64,000 bases of DNA from Ruditapes philippinarum (GCF_026571515.1 NW_026857664.1:62001-126000); one strand, 5' to 3'; positions 1 through 14,900 are shown, numbered from the stretch's first letter. Translations and numbers: made by a program. The notes: generated from the sequence alone by a model not told the origin.

Positions 1-1079
1 AATTTAATGGGACTAAGGCATGATGGATCTGATTATTGACAGACATTTTGACGCCGTGAAAAACTGTTTTTGTATATAACTTGGCATATTAATCAGAAAA
101 AAAAGCTTTATAAGACATATTACATGTTAACACAGTTTCCAAAATATATACTGCACTTGATTTTAGCAAACTGTAATTTCTGTTTAATAATTGTTTCAAT
201 ACATGATTGATCAGTACATAGTTGAAATTTCTTGTTTCATTTAAAAGAGAACACTTAAACGGTGCTTTATTTTGTACGTAATATTTTCTTTAATTATTAA
301 AATAGGCTTTTGCAAGGATGGAAAAACGCAAATTAATTAATGCACTGAAATGATCCAATAAGACTTTTCATTTCAATTTCATATTTACATGTACGATCAT
401 CTATTTGGAAGAGAAAGGTAAAAGTAAGTTATTAAGAAAATTTGCGAAGAACATTAATATCGTTTGCCAAGATATTGTGATAGTAAAATGTTTTAATAAA
501 TTTTAATGTGCAAATAATTTACAAATTTCAAAGACACGTACACTGACGTAGAACATGTAGTAAATGATGTTTTAATATTGACTTATAAAAATGTTAAACA
601 ATTTTGTCAAAATGAAAAAATGCATTTTACAGTATTTTGTGTATTTTAAGCAAATCTAAATCGAAATATTACGGTGTAAAATTCAGAAATTATAGAAGAT
701 ATTTTATATTTCTTTATAATTTTGTTTTTAACATAATTTATTTGAATGATATAAGTGGTATCCAAATACCCACAAAATGTGTTCTCCAGTGACTCACCTG
801 CAAGCATCAGATTCGATGTTTTCAAAGAAAATGGTGACAGAAGACGGTTTAAACTGTTATTACAAACATATTCAGCAAACGGTTCAGTATTAACTTATTA
901 AAACTGATCACCACTGTCTTTGAAATTATGTTTTGCTAGTCATCGCCTTAATAATCATTTTCTATTTTCTTTTCCCATAATGTTTTCCTTAGACAAGTTC
1001 GTCAAATATCTATCATTAACAATTTAACACATTATTTAATAAAATACCCTTTTTTGTTTTATATTTGAACTTAACTACC

Positions 1080-1427
1080 GTTCACAAATATGTATTGCCC
1101 TCTTCCAATTTCCTGTCATACGGGCAATGCACTAGATGACATATCAATGACCTTCATGATTTATAGCTCAACAATTTATTCAATGCTACATGTCGTATAT
1201 CGTGTTACTGCATGCCTGGCTGTCATCAGCTTTCAAAAAATGTTACCGGTTTCAAAACATCATCCAGTAATTTGTCGTATGTCAAGGGAATTGTTTCCTC
1301 GTTATTAATTTAGGATCGTTGTGTTTGTCAACAGAATGTTGTGTATCTTTCAGCTCATGTGAATCGAACATTTAATTATCTCAGATCTGTCCAATGCTCT
1401 TTTTGTACTTGAGCAGCGTAGAGCCAT
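1080..1427 (-). pseudogene. Exon-like block with Sushi/CCP-like C-terminus (paralogue ~15550-15895)
   Basis: Acceptor atttcag| at ~1428 and donor-like |gtagtt at ~1078; copy B reads TQYTACN...EGHGYVT*CIARMTGNWKRAIHICK; disrupted in both copies. Confidence 0.3.
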
Positions 1428-1549
1428 CTGAAATATATGTTAACAAACAATTAAGTTTGTATAAATTTAGTATAATTCATACAAAAAAAATGTTTAAGTA
1501 TTTGAGAAATACTATATTTACATATAAATGTATTTCAAGGATAACTCTT

Positions 1550-1768
1550 ATAACATTATAGGTCATTAAAGACATTCCAGCTTTACTGGTCGAAGAAGAC
1601 CTCAAGTGCCCTTCCGTGCATTATTTCAGGCACGAACGAGCACCTGAGTAGTACCACCGGCGGATAGCTTCCTCACATGAAATAATCCAAAGTCGGGATT
1701 AGAACTGACAGCTGTAAAAAACAAATAGTTTGCAGTCAACTACCTTAACAACTCGTCCACGGAGTAGT
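1550..1768 (-). mobile_element. Diverged copy of the V-like SINE
   Basis: ttccagctttactggtcgaagaagacctcaagtgcccttccgtgcattatttcaggcacgaacg matches the 61917-62170 copy; the SINE body is not recognisable at the paralogous position in copy B (~16000-16060). Confidence 0.85.
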
Positions 1769-2729
1769 CCCAATTTTTACAGCTTTAAAATTCCTTTGTT
1801 ATTTCTTAAATATCTATTTTCAAATAATTACCATTAATCGTCAACAATCAATCTGACTAAAGTTCAGATATACTTATTTCTTAAATGTTGATCTGATATC
1901 CACCTTATTTGTTTCGCCTTCATTCAGATAAGGATTTGCCGAACTTGCTTATTTTAGCTATGTAAATCGTCCGTTACGAATAGGCATTAAAAAATTTGAA
2001 GTATGTTGTTGAAAGTGTAATGGTTAAAGATGTAGGCTCTTTCCAAAAGTCTTGCTATTAGTTTTACCCTTTAGCGAGTTGGTGGAGTGTTCACATTGTG
2101 ATCAACAGGTCTGGAGTTAAAAAACGGTCATTAGGCTTATAATAAAAAGAATGAAAATTTCATAGCCCACAAACTTTGAATGAGTTTTCACAGGTGTAAT
2201 AGTGATTCTTTCAGTCTCTTAATATTTACTTTTATCAAACTAGGGAACACATAAAGTTGTTCTATATCAAACTTAATAACAACAGATAATTATGTTCATG
2301 TTCATGATCGACGCCAAGTTTGTTCTAGCGTAAAATCTTGAAATCGTGATGATTACTTTCTCTTTATTGGTTTTCTAGAAACAGAATTGCTTTCAAATAT
2401 ATGAGAGCTCGCCGATGATTGGCTGATAAAAGACTTCGTATTTATTATGGTCAGATCTAAATGCGGGGCGTTTCTTAAAGCTGATTCAATTAGATTGCGT
2501 CAACAATATAAAAATAACTGCCTTAATAAAAGAAAATAATATAAAGAATATAAACACGCACATTTTTTTCCATTGTTACAATTGATTTGAATTAGTTCAT
2601 AAATTAATTCACATAAAGACGTACAGTCAAACATGGCCATCGAAAGACGGCCACACAAGACCTTTATAGACGAGTGGTTTTTATTCTGATATTTCTCTGT
2701 TGTATTTTATCTATGCATTTTACTTTATT

Positions 2730-3713
2730 ACAGCATAAAATCGGCTATTTTTCCCTCTTTTGTCCATGTTATAAAGGGACCCAAACCATGTGTTAACATA
2801 GTCTCGCGCTCTTGTTTTACCTATGCTAAATACATACAGGGCCCCTTAAACAAACAAAAAAATGACGATTTTGCCTGTTTGCCAAAGAGTCATGCGCTCT
2901 TAATATTTTGAAATTATTGATTCGAGGGCCTCAATCGCATGACAGCGAGCAGCTTTCAAGTAACTATGCCGGAAATACGGCGTACAGACATCGCCGCTAA
3001 TCGTGGTTGTCGCCCTTTCTAATAAACGGACAGTTGTCAATGTAAACAAATTTCTGTCATTCAGTTTTACCCTCAGATTAACTTACAAAACATGATAGCT
3101 CAAAATGAACATGAGAAAATGTTGTTTTACTGATGCTTATATTGAAAAATGCTCTTGATATTTTTTTGAGAGAATAATGTTTAGTGTCTGATTTTTTTTT
3201 ATAAACTTAAGTGCTTGAAGTTGAAACAAAAAACGATTTTGATGTCACTCACTGATCTTTTTTCTACGGTGAATTTGAAATCCATCTAGGAATTTCTGAG
3301 GGTCATGTAATGTCTTGGGTACAGTAATTTAATGTTCTTTTCTTGAAATGATAAATCTCCAATGTTAAGCTTTGTTAAATCAATAAAAATTCGATATTTC
3401 GTTCGGTTCTGAGCATTGTATTTCCCAAGTCGTTGGTCCCGGAAAAATAAAACGCATACGTTAAACATGTAGAATTGGATAAATACCGTCCAAACACAAG
3501 GATTTAATGTTTTTGTTTTGTATTTAATATACATCATGAATCTGTTTTAAAATTTTATGCTATAATAGCGTCAACACACGTTTATTTCGTGTAATAAAGT
3601 CTGCAGAGTCCCTCGGAACTGTTGGAGCCCTCGCCCTAACGGGCTAGGGCACCAACCGTTCCCAGGGACTCTGCAGACGTTATAACACAAAAAAACGTGC
3701 GTTAACCCTATAT
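2730..3713. mobile_element. Non-autonomous insertion ending in a ~150-bp hairpin, nested in the MITE of copy A
   Basis: Absent from copy B. 3562-3712 is a near-perfect palindrome (CTGCAGAGTCCCTCGGAACTGTTGGAGCCCTCGCCC-taac-GGGCTAGGGCACCAACCGTTCCCAGGGACTCTGCAG plus extended arms). Left boundary approximate. Confidence 0.65.
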
Positions 3714-5614
3714 TCACAGGGTGGTCTTTATTCTGAGGTGGTCTTTTAATCATAAATCGAAACATTCTGTCTAATCATTAGTATTGCTCACACCATGCAG
3801 ATGAACCTTATCACTGTAAGTAAAATTCTTAAGTTAATATTTTATACAGATTTGATAATTGCGACAGGTTATCTTGCATGTCACATTCCTGAACGAAGAT
3901 TCGAACAAAATGTTCAGATATCAAATAATAATATAGTAACAAATTGTTATGGATAGTTAGATGCGTAACTGCCATAAAACTTTCAAAACTATAGTCTGTT
4001 TGCAAGTACCCTCACAATTCACATTAAGATTCTATCTTTTTTAACCTAACGTTCCGAAGAGACAGCGCAAGTCATGATTAGGCAATAACTTTTATCCTGA
4101 AGAAAACAATGTTTGCGTGATGTAATAGATGTATCACATTTTAACACGATATTGTGACAATAGCATGCTTTAATGAGCTTAAACGTACAAGTGATTACCG
4201 TTGTAAAATGTCAAGATATAAATGAGATTTTAATACTGACATCTTAAAATGTTTTGTCAACAATTTCTTTAATTTGTTAAAGTGTAACTATTGTTATTTG
4301 CATTAGGTTTTTCAGTAGTTGCACTTACACTGAAAATTATGAGCAGAGTATTCAGATACAGCGGCAATATATGTACTTGTATGACATAAATGAAAGGTCC
4401 ATTATACTTCAGAATTGCTATCATTTTTTGTTTCTCAAAAACCTTTTATTTTACATTTTGGTATCATGTTTCAGTTTTCAAAAAAATACTTATTTGACTT
4501 ATACACAAATTACAGTTTGCAAAATTTGTTATTTTGGCAAATTGTATAATTAAAGTGAATTAGTATTTTGTATGAAAAACTCCTTTGTTAGTATTGCCGC
4601 ATGTTCAGTGTTATTGCTTCATTTTTTATCATCTAGTCCATTATCAAAACATTATTAAACACATGTAGGACATGTAGATTATTGAGTATTTTGGTATGCT
4701 TTTTATCTATATACAATCTAAAACAGTATGCTATCCATTTCGATTCATCAAATTCGTACAAAACGCGTATTTAAGTAGTAGTTCGCAAATACACTTAATG
4801 AATAGTTACAGTTTTCTTTTACGTGCATTCTTTTGTATAATATTCCAATGACAAACGTAAACATTTATTATCACAATAAAATACCCGTTTGCACTAATGC
4901 ATTCTTTAACTACCTGTCATGACAAGAAAACGTTATTACAAACTAAAATCTTCATGTTATTATAATAGTTATCAACTGCCGAATCAGCAATCACTTATTT
5001 ATATTGACATTTTAAAATACTTCCATTAACAGTTCATTTCTAAAGATTACTGGATTTTAATGTAAAATGCAATAAATGATAGTGTGTTTGTTTCAGCGAA
5101 ACAAACTTTACATCTATAAGTGAGAAGCTGCAGAATGCTGATATGACATCTATGACTTAAAATGGTTTAAATCATTGTCCGCCTTAATAATATATTTGCA
5201 GTGGGTATCAATCCATTTTGACATTCATAAAATCATATCCAAAAACACACTCGATTATAAATTTGACTTTTGAAAGTCAAAATCAAGATCTATAATGTTA
5301 AGAATAATAATAGAGTAAGGAACAAGTAACAACTGAAAGTAAATTTTAGAACAAAAGGTTGTGTCTTTTTTTCCTAAAATACTCTGACATTATTAAACTT
5401 AAATATTACATGAGAATTCGAAAGGAAATGTCTATTTAACACTTTTTCATTATTTCTTTAATTTTCTAAGATTTAATATACTCAGACCTACGCAATGGCT
5501 TTATATTACAAACATAATCACAGTAACCAAGTTGGATCATCTGATTTCAGGAAGTTTATGATAACGATGGTGGAGTATTATTCTTCTATGATATAATGTT
5601 TTTTTTTTTTTGTT

Positions 5615-5720
5615 CTTTCTTTTGTTGAGGTGCACGTCGCACCAACATTATAGGAGTCATATTGCGACCTTTGCAGCTTCATTTGATGAGGGAGGCCTTA
5701 TTATTTTAGACGTGATTTGG
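5615..5720 (-). mobile_element. Old SINE 3' remnant shared by paralogous copies (also ~20160-20235 and ~29345-29480)
   Basis: cgtcgcaccaacattatag..tcatattgcgac..tgcagctt resembles the SINE 3' end and sits at the equivalent position in copies A, B and C, so it predates the duplications. Confidence 0.55.
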
Positions 5721-6363
5721 GAACAAAATATAAATAAAAAATTGGCTGGATAAAATGTGTATTGGGATCCTTTACAATCGGAATTTTAATCGCTACTTGA
5801 AAGGGATTAAATGAAACAAATTATGTAGATGAATTGTAATTTATGTTTCAAATGTAAATGACCTTAACTATACAAAATATTTTAAACAATAATAATTTAG
5901 TCAATATACATAATACCATTATCATTTTAGTCATGGTACTGCAATCAATCTTTTTTTAAATTTTGTAACAGAAATATACCTTGATTTAAACTAGGCTCCT
6001 GACTATAAGTTTATTCCGCTCAGCAGCAGCTTCATCACATCATTTGTTCACCTGAATCACGAATCATCTTTTAATATCCTGTTTGATTTAGGTGTCAGTA
6101 ACAATACAATTATATTGCATGCTATCTTGAAAAAATGTATTTGGCTTCACTTCGTTCCTAGTGACTACTAGGAAATAGTTGGCTTCTTGTTAATGTTTAG
6201 GGTTTTTTTTATTTCATGATGATACACTTTGCAAAACTTATGTAAACTAATCTCATTTAATTGCAAAAACTATTGCATATTTTCATATGATGAATAAAGA
6301 TAATATGACAACTTACGCATTGTTACATGGATAAATTATTGGCCTTTTACACATTTTATTTAA

Positions 6364-6711
6364 AGTGGCATTATGCTCATATTTCCATACTCAAGTTTAG
6401 CTGAATTGATTTGATATTTCAAAAGATTAACTGTTTAAATGGTGTTTGACCAACAGTTGATATTGGAAGATATTTGGGATAAAATTATAAATATGCCTAA
6501 AATATAAAAAGACTGCCCCATTCTTTTTATAAACTGAGCGTTAGAGGTAAATTCTAATAGATATTCACAGAAATTTTATTTAGATCTGTGCACTTTTTAT
6601 TGTTTATTGGAGCTGAATTATTAAATTAAAAGGAATTATGGCAAAATGAAAACTTATTTTGATATTCATCTGTTCACTCACTATATACCCTTGGATGGGT
6701 ATAATGTCACT
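6364..6711. mobile_element. TTAA-specific MITE (Kolobok-like termini)
   Basis: TTAA|AGTGGCATTAT ... ATAATGTCACT|TTAA (10/11 TIR, RR..YY ends); the paralogous site in copy C (~30150-30175) lacks it. Confidence 0.75.
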
Positions 6712-9700
6712 TTAATATTTACATTTTGACTTTTCACACTGACATGCCAATCCGTATAAGAAAAAACGAATGGTTAAAATATAATTAATGTGTTAATTTA
6801 GCTTAAAGGAGGGATCATGCAGTTTGAGTAAAGGAATTTCAAAAAATATGAGCAGATGAATAAAGATTTATGTATTAAAATCAATAAATTACAATAAATC
6901 AATAAATTAATAAACAAGTAAGTTGTTTCCGTTCTCATCATTGCATTACTTATTTCACTTAACGTTTAACTGATCCTCCCTAAAATTCAAGGAGTCAGTC
7001 AAATATTTTACATGGGAATTCGTTCATCTTACCTAATTCTAAACAAAATATCAAGAGAACCAGTTACAATATAATACATCAGCTCGAGCAGGAAATATAT
7101 GATATTTAATAAATAAAAAGGTTTATAGACAAACAGAAATGAAACTTTTATGCAATAAGGATTTTTTAAATTATTAAAAGAGAACAATAATTCAATATAG
7201 TTTCATATTTCACATATACCGTATTTTAGTATAATATATAAGCTGATGGAAACCTTTTATCTTATTATCTAAGCACAGTAGTTGTAGCCTAATGTCCACA
7301 AAGCTGAAACTTGTTATCCTTAACGTCCGTCCATCTAAAAGCAAGTATACAGGGATTGCCTTCGGACACGTAAATGCCCATTATAACATTTCGTCTAACA
7401 TTTATCAATCTACTCATCTTAATGTAGAGTTACAAAATGAGATAAAAGCGTTATTTAAAAAAAATCCGCGTAGTCCAATAAAAATTGTGACTTTTTGTAC
7501 GAATACAAGACAATGCTCAGCAATGTTCATTGGTTTTTAAATTGATGATTTATAATTATACGGTATGCTTATTCAAAAGAACAAGTGATTTTAGTATGAA
7601 ACAGTATATGATTTGAAAAAAAAGTAATGATATTCAAAAAACAACATTTAAGTAAATGGGCAGAAAATATAGCGGAATTTAACATTATACGCATAATAAG
7701 GCATACAAGATTATTTTTTAAACATCTGAAGATCATTTCATAGGACACCCGTCAGAAAAGTTAAATGAGTTCTAGACATATTTGTATGATGCGTTGTTAT
7801 AGAGGCATATCGCGTGTGGCAGTGTTTTGCACGCATATATGAATGCTAATTGTTGCATGCTACTAGCTTGTTATACAAAGTGAGCTTATTTGTTTCAAAT
7901 TAATGAATTTGTTTTTTTTTATTTTTATAAATGCTTACAAAGTTAATTGCTACATACCATGTTGTATTGATCATTAGACTCGTGATGATAATTTAAAATA
8001 AAACATTGTTATCTATTTTATATTCCTGTGATTTTGTCCGTCCAGACTAAATGAAAACAGATAATTGTTTTTCCTAAAATGTCTCTAGAGCTGGATTTTA
8101 AAAATCCCTTAGTAATCTCAACAGAGAGAAACCTGTTCAAACTCTTGTCAAAGATGTCTAAAAATCAATTTTCATTTCAAAATTGGTAGAATCCATGATT
8201 TAGTATAGATAATATTTCAGTTTATTGAAGCTTAAAATAAATGGGATTCAAAATCGTATTACATCTGGAGACATCTATTTCTGTCGAGATATATGAAGAA
8301 TTGTAAAACAAAACGTTTACTTATCTGACAAACCATTCTTTTTTAATATATGCATACATATACTACTTTTTTCAAAAGGTTATTACTTTTGATGTCCAAT
8401 TTCATTTTCTAAAAAAGTAATGAATTCACCGTATAGACGAGTAATTTTTGGCCTTTTCTGCGTTTTGTTTTATATTAATTTTATCATAATAATAATAATA
8501 ATAATTAAAAAAGTCCATGTTTGTATGAATTTGTATCATGATCTCATCACAGAAACTCATTTAATCCATCGCGTCAAATTTTGACACTTGAACGAAACAA
8601 TATGTTTGTTCGTATAAACAATACTTTTACAAGAAACAACAACTGTTTATTTTTTAGATATTATTTTCGCATTTCAAAGCAAAAGTACGGTTATCAAATT
8701 GTCAATGAAAATATGTGTCATTTGGTTTATCAGCATTATAAATTATAATTTAATTATATTTCTCTGTGTATTTATAATCATATATACAGGTTTTATAATA
8801 AAACAATCTAAAATTGATCCATGTATATCTTTGGAAAATCGTTACTTTTCTATTTTGTAAAGGTCAAATGTCCACGACTTTGCAATACTCTACCTTCTGA
8901 GTTTTAGATACAGTCTAAATTTACCACCTTTGAAATGTAAATTAACCTCAAGATAAATATATCACCTATTGATAAATACGATCGTTATCTCTACTGACTC
9001 ACAATATCGTTATTTATCCCCCACTGTAATTTGAGAATATCAATCAAACAGTGAATTCAAATAAAATTCAAGAAGTAATGTAAATGTATGATTTATATTC
9101 CGGAAATATGGTTTTCAATATAAAATCAAAATAGTATGAACGGTGAATACAATTATAGTATTAATCAGAGCCATTAATATAAGCCTCATGTTGTAATTAA
9201 ATCATAAACTTAATTATAAAAATATAACGTTCGATAGCTATTAAAAGAAACATTTCACAGTGATTTGTGATTGCAAACTCAGTTTAGTTGAGTTGATTAA
9301 TGAGTACCAAATATGATTAATTCATGACAAACTAGGTATCACAACTCCCGCTAGGCAATAGTTACTATAATAATTCAAAACAATAGGTTATAGTATTTAT
9401 GCTATCAAACGACCAGAAAAGTGTAAGAACTAAAATACATGCACTAAATAATTGGTGTTGAAATGTTTCACAAAGATCAATGTAAAAACACGTTATTGTT
9501 ATTGTACACTTTTGGCTTCCTGAAAAGATAAACTTACTGAAAATCGTATGTTCCTAAATATCTCAGAACTGAGAAATGATATGTTAGCCATCTTGGGCAG
9601 AGACGAATATTGATATAGATGCAAAATATTATTTGTGCGAATGTTCTTTTTTGGCTTACTTCACGAATCCAAATTTGAAATATTTATGTAAAAACAGTAC

Positions 9701-10049
9701 TGTTATACATCATCGTTTTTAAGCGTATTGACTTAAATTGATAATAGTTTCATTAGAATTTCTGTGGCCAAATTCTAACTATTTCTTAATATTTGGTAGC
9801 GTGAAAATACAGATGTCTTTAGTTGATGGATTTGTGCATTGTGAGAAAGACATTAGAAAGGAAAATATGAACAGGGTCACTCAAAAAAGATATTAAGATT
9901 TTTCTAACATTAGGTTATATAGGGTATCGTCTTCACTAAAAACGTACAAAAATCGAAACATATTCTATCATATATTTATTGTTGACCTTCATAAAATTTA
10001 GTTCTCTATCTTCCACGTTATATCAGCCTTGTAGCATGTTTACTAAAAT

Positions 10050-11980
10050 GTCATAAGGCATTTTTCGAAATGACAAAATGTCAGCAACATTAGACTATAT
10101 TAAGAGATTAATTGTCGGGCCAAAGCACCATTTCCTAAAAAGACTTCCTTGTAATAAATAAAATTTATTGTTTTCAGGTAGTCTCACTTATGCCGTGCCA
10201 TCAAAAAAGACAAAAGCTTTCAAAGGATTCAGAACGATAACTTAATATAACATATATTTACGATAAATGTGTTATAATCAGTGGATAAAAAATATGTAAT
10301 ATGTAGTATGAAATAGGTGTGACTTCTACAATTATTATTATAAATATAGATAAGCAGGTTTTTTTTTTCCAGCAAAACAGCTTGTGATTTCATTGTCCTT
10401 ACTTTTCTTGCTCTTTTATTATTTGTCTGTGGTCCTGGATATAATAGTAAGCAAGCGCTGGCGTTATGCTTAAAGTGTACTGTAACCATCTGTCTTAAAC
10501 GCGTATGTTAAGGTTGATTGTGCCATCCAACTCAAAAGATGATAGAAATGACTTATGTATAACAAAGAATAAATTATCAAAATACTACTGACAAAAACCC
10601 CCAGATCTAATCAGTGAAATTGAAAGTCTAACCACTATTTGTATAACTAATATCTTTGGCAAGTAACTGTTAAAGCATCTATCTATAAGCTCAACAAAGT
10701 TATTCAAAACAATGGAACTTAACATAGTAAACAACATTAAACTAGTGACACATGAGCAAAAAGTTGTCAAAAAAACACAAATTCAAACGTATAAATGTTG
10801 AGGGTAAACTTTAAAACTAAGTGGTATTTAAAATGTTTAACCCCTCATTTCTTCAACACTATTTATGAAGATTCTATATGTTATATTTTTATATAAATAT
10901 TATGCAACATTATTAAATAATGACCTAAGCAGTCTTAATACTAGTACAACTTTACAACACTGTGAGGATATATATAACATTGCGGAAACACTTTGAACCC
11001 TGTCCAAAATCGAACAACAATAAGTCCACAATTTATCTAAATAATGATTTTGCAATACTTGTACATCTAGGTCTATTATAACTGACCACCCTCCATTTTC
11101 AATCATGATATATTGTATATAATTATTGTTAGTTTAAATACAACTACACATGATCTTAGTCACGCAAATATCTCATTTATCAAAAAAAAAATCTGATGTG
11201 AGAATGACATTAGATAGGAAATTATGAACAGACTGCGAGTGAAGAAATTTACTAAAGAAACATAATTATAATGATACCTGCAAATAATGTATGTTATTAA
11301 GTATCAAGCTTAAAATTGTATGGATATCAATGGCAAATAAATTGCATACATGACGCGGTTAACGGATAGCAAAATATAAAGAATGTTATTAAATATTAAT
11401 TACAATTAATTTACCAATTATGTCATTTAGCAAATATGATGATGCAGATAAAATCAGCATGCTAGTTTATGCAAATTTTGGAATTGAACTAATCACAAAG
11501 TGTTATTTTTAATTCGTTATTGTTTAGCCAATATATTGTAAAAAAAATCTTTCGGACTACACATAACTCATAGGTAGCCATGGTTTCAATGTGCATTTAT
11601 CTAATTTGTATATTTTTGTATTCGTATTATTCTATATTTGTATGTGTTTCAATTTTACAATACAAAAAACTCATGTTAAATACTTAGGTAATGAGTTTTT
11701 TTCCCTAAATTCAATCTTCAGCTAATGACAATGCCAGGATATTCTACTTATTAGATGAACCGAAAGTAAATAATTTTGAAAGAAGTTCAAGCGAGAATGA
11801 CTGGTCAGGAGATTATAAGATATTTGCAAGAGGTTCTCAAGTTGCAGTATCTATTGCAATATCTCATTAGACTCCTGTAACAAATACTCAATAGAAACCA
11901 GCTGCATTTAAATTAGCATGATGTTCTACCAACAACACAAGCATAAGCAAATAACGAGGAACCAGTTTAATTGGCAATGT
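10050..11980 (-). pseudogene. Decayed signal peptide + PAN-like + EGF-like + C-type-lectin-like gene (copy A)
   Basis: Manual translation: (I)KLVPRYLLMLVLLVEHHANLNAA ... PDQSFSLELLSKLFTFGS (11687-11975); ~85-bp intron; DKCTLKPWL..ELCVVRK..TLCD*..KICIN*HADFICI (11415-11601); SACLLLYPGPQT..RARK and FDGT (10060-10494). Many stops and frameshifts; domain calls are by motif recall only. Confidence 0.45.
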
Positions 11981-14900
11981 TCGTATCAGAAGGAGATGCG
12001 TTTATCCCGGAATGACGCAACTAACGTAAAAAAATAATAATGTTTTGACTGTATATGTAATATCAATTCGACAAGATTCAATCATCATGTACATGATGTA
12101 ATTTAAAAGGCTATGACGGGTGTATCTTAATGTATTACTTGTGTTTGACACTCTTGGATTTTCTTACAACGCCAACCATACAATCATACTCTAATAAAAT
12201 CAACTTCTTAATAAAGATACAGTGCTATAAAATTCATAATTACCTCATTTACATTTTTGAAATATGCAAACAAATTGCGCAACTTAAATAACATAAACAT
12301 GTATAATGCCATTCAAATTGCAAATATCAATATTATCACCATAGTTAAAATCGTATTGCCCGAGTTCTGTAATGTTTCTGTCGATATTGATTCAGACGGT
12401 ATAACATGACTCTGTTTGTTACACCGTTTTAAACTGTGTTGAGAAAAACAACATATTTTTTTTTTAATTCCTGATAATGAAATTTATAACTTAAGCTACA
12501 AACTATCAGATAACATATACCTCTGAAAGTAGTCCTTAAAAACAAATATGAATATTGACTCCGCCAACTTTCATTTTGTAATTAATAGATAGGAAATCTA
12601 TTAGTTCGATAAAGCTCCATATGTCATGAGTGCAATTAAATAAAAAAATATATCACTGATACGACTTGTAATAATGTGACACAACAATTCACTCACGAGA
12701 AGACTTGTCTAATTAGTACTGTGATTAAGTTTTATAACTATTCATCAAATGAAGTGATTAAAACCGAGTGATTAAATTGAATTAATGACATAGAGATATC
12801 TTATCATGTGCATATTTGATTTATGTTTTCAATATAAAATTCGGGGAAGTTATATATATCGCCGCGGCGGAAATAAGAATTATTACAAATTCTAGTATAT
12901 TTGAAAAATGATAAATTGTATCGGTACCAAACAATAAATTTACTCTATATCATCGGCCTTAATTTTAGTAGGAACGTGTAGGGACATATTGCCATAAGAA
13001 GAAATGGTGTTATTTGGAATGGCATGTGCCGATCAACTGATTTAAATTGAGTGTGAAACATTTCATAAATTATCTAAAAGTCACCCGAGGGATGCAATAT
13101 TTATCAATTCAATAATGTGGAGAGATGCATTTGCTAAAATGTTTAGTTCATAATTAAAAAAAAATATGAAAACAAATAAAAGTAATTCATTGTCATTCTA
13201 TATCAGTAAAATACAATAATGGTAATTGAATAACTATACCGTTACTGTGAAAAACTATTATTAATATATAAATTAATGAATGTATACTAATTTATCATGA
13301 TATGGCAGAAAAAATGAAACACAATTATATTTTATAAATATATATGAAGTGTACATGCATAATGAAGTTGATTTGGTGGAAACTAAGATCATAGTGTCTG
13401 CATATAACAGAGGGTATTTCTTATTTAATGGAAAAAGTTACGAACATTAACATTTTAAGACGGTATCAGTTAAAACTGAGTTAAAAAAATTATGCAGTAA
13501 ACAGTAAATTTGATAGTTTATGATAATGTGATTATTCTTCAGTAACATAATTCCACCTTTGCTAATTAAGTATTAATTACAAACAAGAATGACTGCTCTG
13601 AAAAATATCAGACCGTTCAGAATTTTTTGAACCGCAATAATTAATTTTTAATCATTTGATTAGTCATTGATTAGTGAAGAGCTGCAGTTGGATAAAATTA
13701 ATATTCTATCGGCAACGTAATCTTAAGTGAATAACAAATAGTTAGAATGCTACCGATTGAATACAAGATGACACTTTGAAAAAAGTAACTTTCTGTCAAC
13801 AAAGATTTAAACCAGACACAGATTACAAAACATTTGGCTTGTTAGAATTAAATTAGTTATTGACAAACAAGTCACGAAAGACCTCCGTAATTTCATTATT
13901 GTATCAGACTTTTTTTAACCGCAAACGTTTATGAAGTCTTATTATATACTTACTGAATTCTGAGTTTCAAATATTGATGATAATGATATAAAAAAGATAT
14001 ATCAAGGGATACCACATTATGGTAAATGCGTGTTATTGGCCAACCATTTGAAAAAAGATGCTGAGTAGCAAAGCATAGGTTAAATAAACACAAAAATAAC
14101 GCGCTTAATTAAATAATATACTTTGTATTACATTACATATTGACCCAAACTCGTACACAACAGTGCTATGAACACTGCTGATATCTGAATACATTGTAAT
14201 TACATAGAAGATTTCCGTAATAAGACTTTGTTTAGGATAATAAATAGGGACACGAACAATTCTCTTTATAATTACACTAATTATGTATATAAATCAAATC
14301 TGATTAAGGCCTGCATAGATGTGGTAAATTAGAAAAGGTTTTTCGTTGATTATTTGATAGAACTAAAACATGATGGATCTGATTTTCACCAGACACTTCG
14401 GCACCGTAAAAAACATTTTTGTCAAAAAGGTTTGCCAAATCGATCATTTGCATAAATATCCTTGAAATTTTGCTTAGTATATGCTTCTGTTTATGCAAAT
14501 TTGTTACCTTGTCCTGTATTAAATGCCTGGACTATAAGTGTTTAATACAGACATAACCTGGCATATAAATCAGACAAAACTAGAATCATTATATGTAAAA
14601 AATATTTTTGTTATTTATTATAACAACCATTTACTCCTAGTTTCGCTTTTTTTGTCTAAGACACATAACATGTTAAAAACAGTTTCCCATGAGAACAGTG
14701 CAATTTTTGTCTGTATTTATTTGTATTTTTTAACCAAACTTGATTTCAGAAACGTGTATTTTCTGTTTTATTATTTACTTCATTACAGGCTTGACCATTA
14801 CGTCGGTGACGTGTCATTTAAAGAAATACTTGAACAGTGCTTTAATTTTTACGTAATAAATTGTTAGTAATTAGCATTTGTTAAATGCATATTAATTCTC

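Larger units (their letters stand above)
1..14350 (+). repeat. Segmental duplication copy A (left end runs off the window)
   Basis: Collinear matches to copy B: ~15-70 vs ~14365-14415; 495-1500 vs 15065-15990; 1800-2730 vs 16080-16990; 7220-7640 vs 21370-21800; 8880-9480 vs 25110-25800; 11230-12000 vs 26995-27790. Confidence 0.9.

Noticed and set aside
11721-11870. Plus-strand ~50-codon frame (NDN.RIFYLLDEP.VNNFER.SSENDWSGD) open in A and B
   Set aside because: Antisense shadow of the minus-strand PAN-like frame; no start, acceptor lost in B, and no recognisable homology. Not fully excluded.
12950-13890. Additional WND-like and PAN-like remnants (also 45900-46880)
   Set aside because: Motifs too fragmentary (MWND in one copy only; VN....ECY.LN) to support a call.
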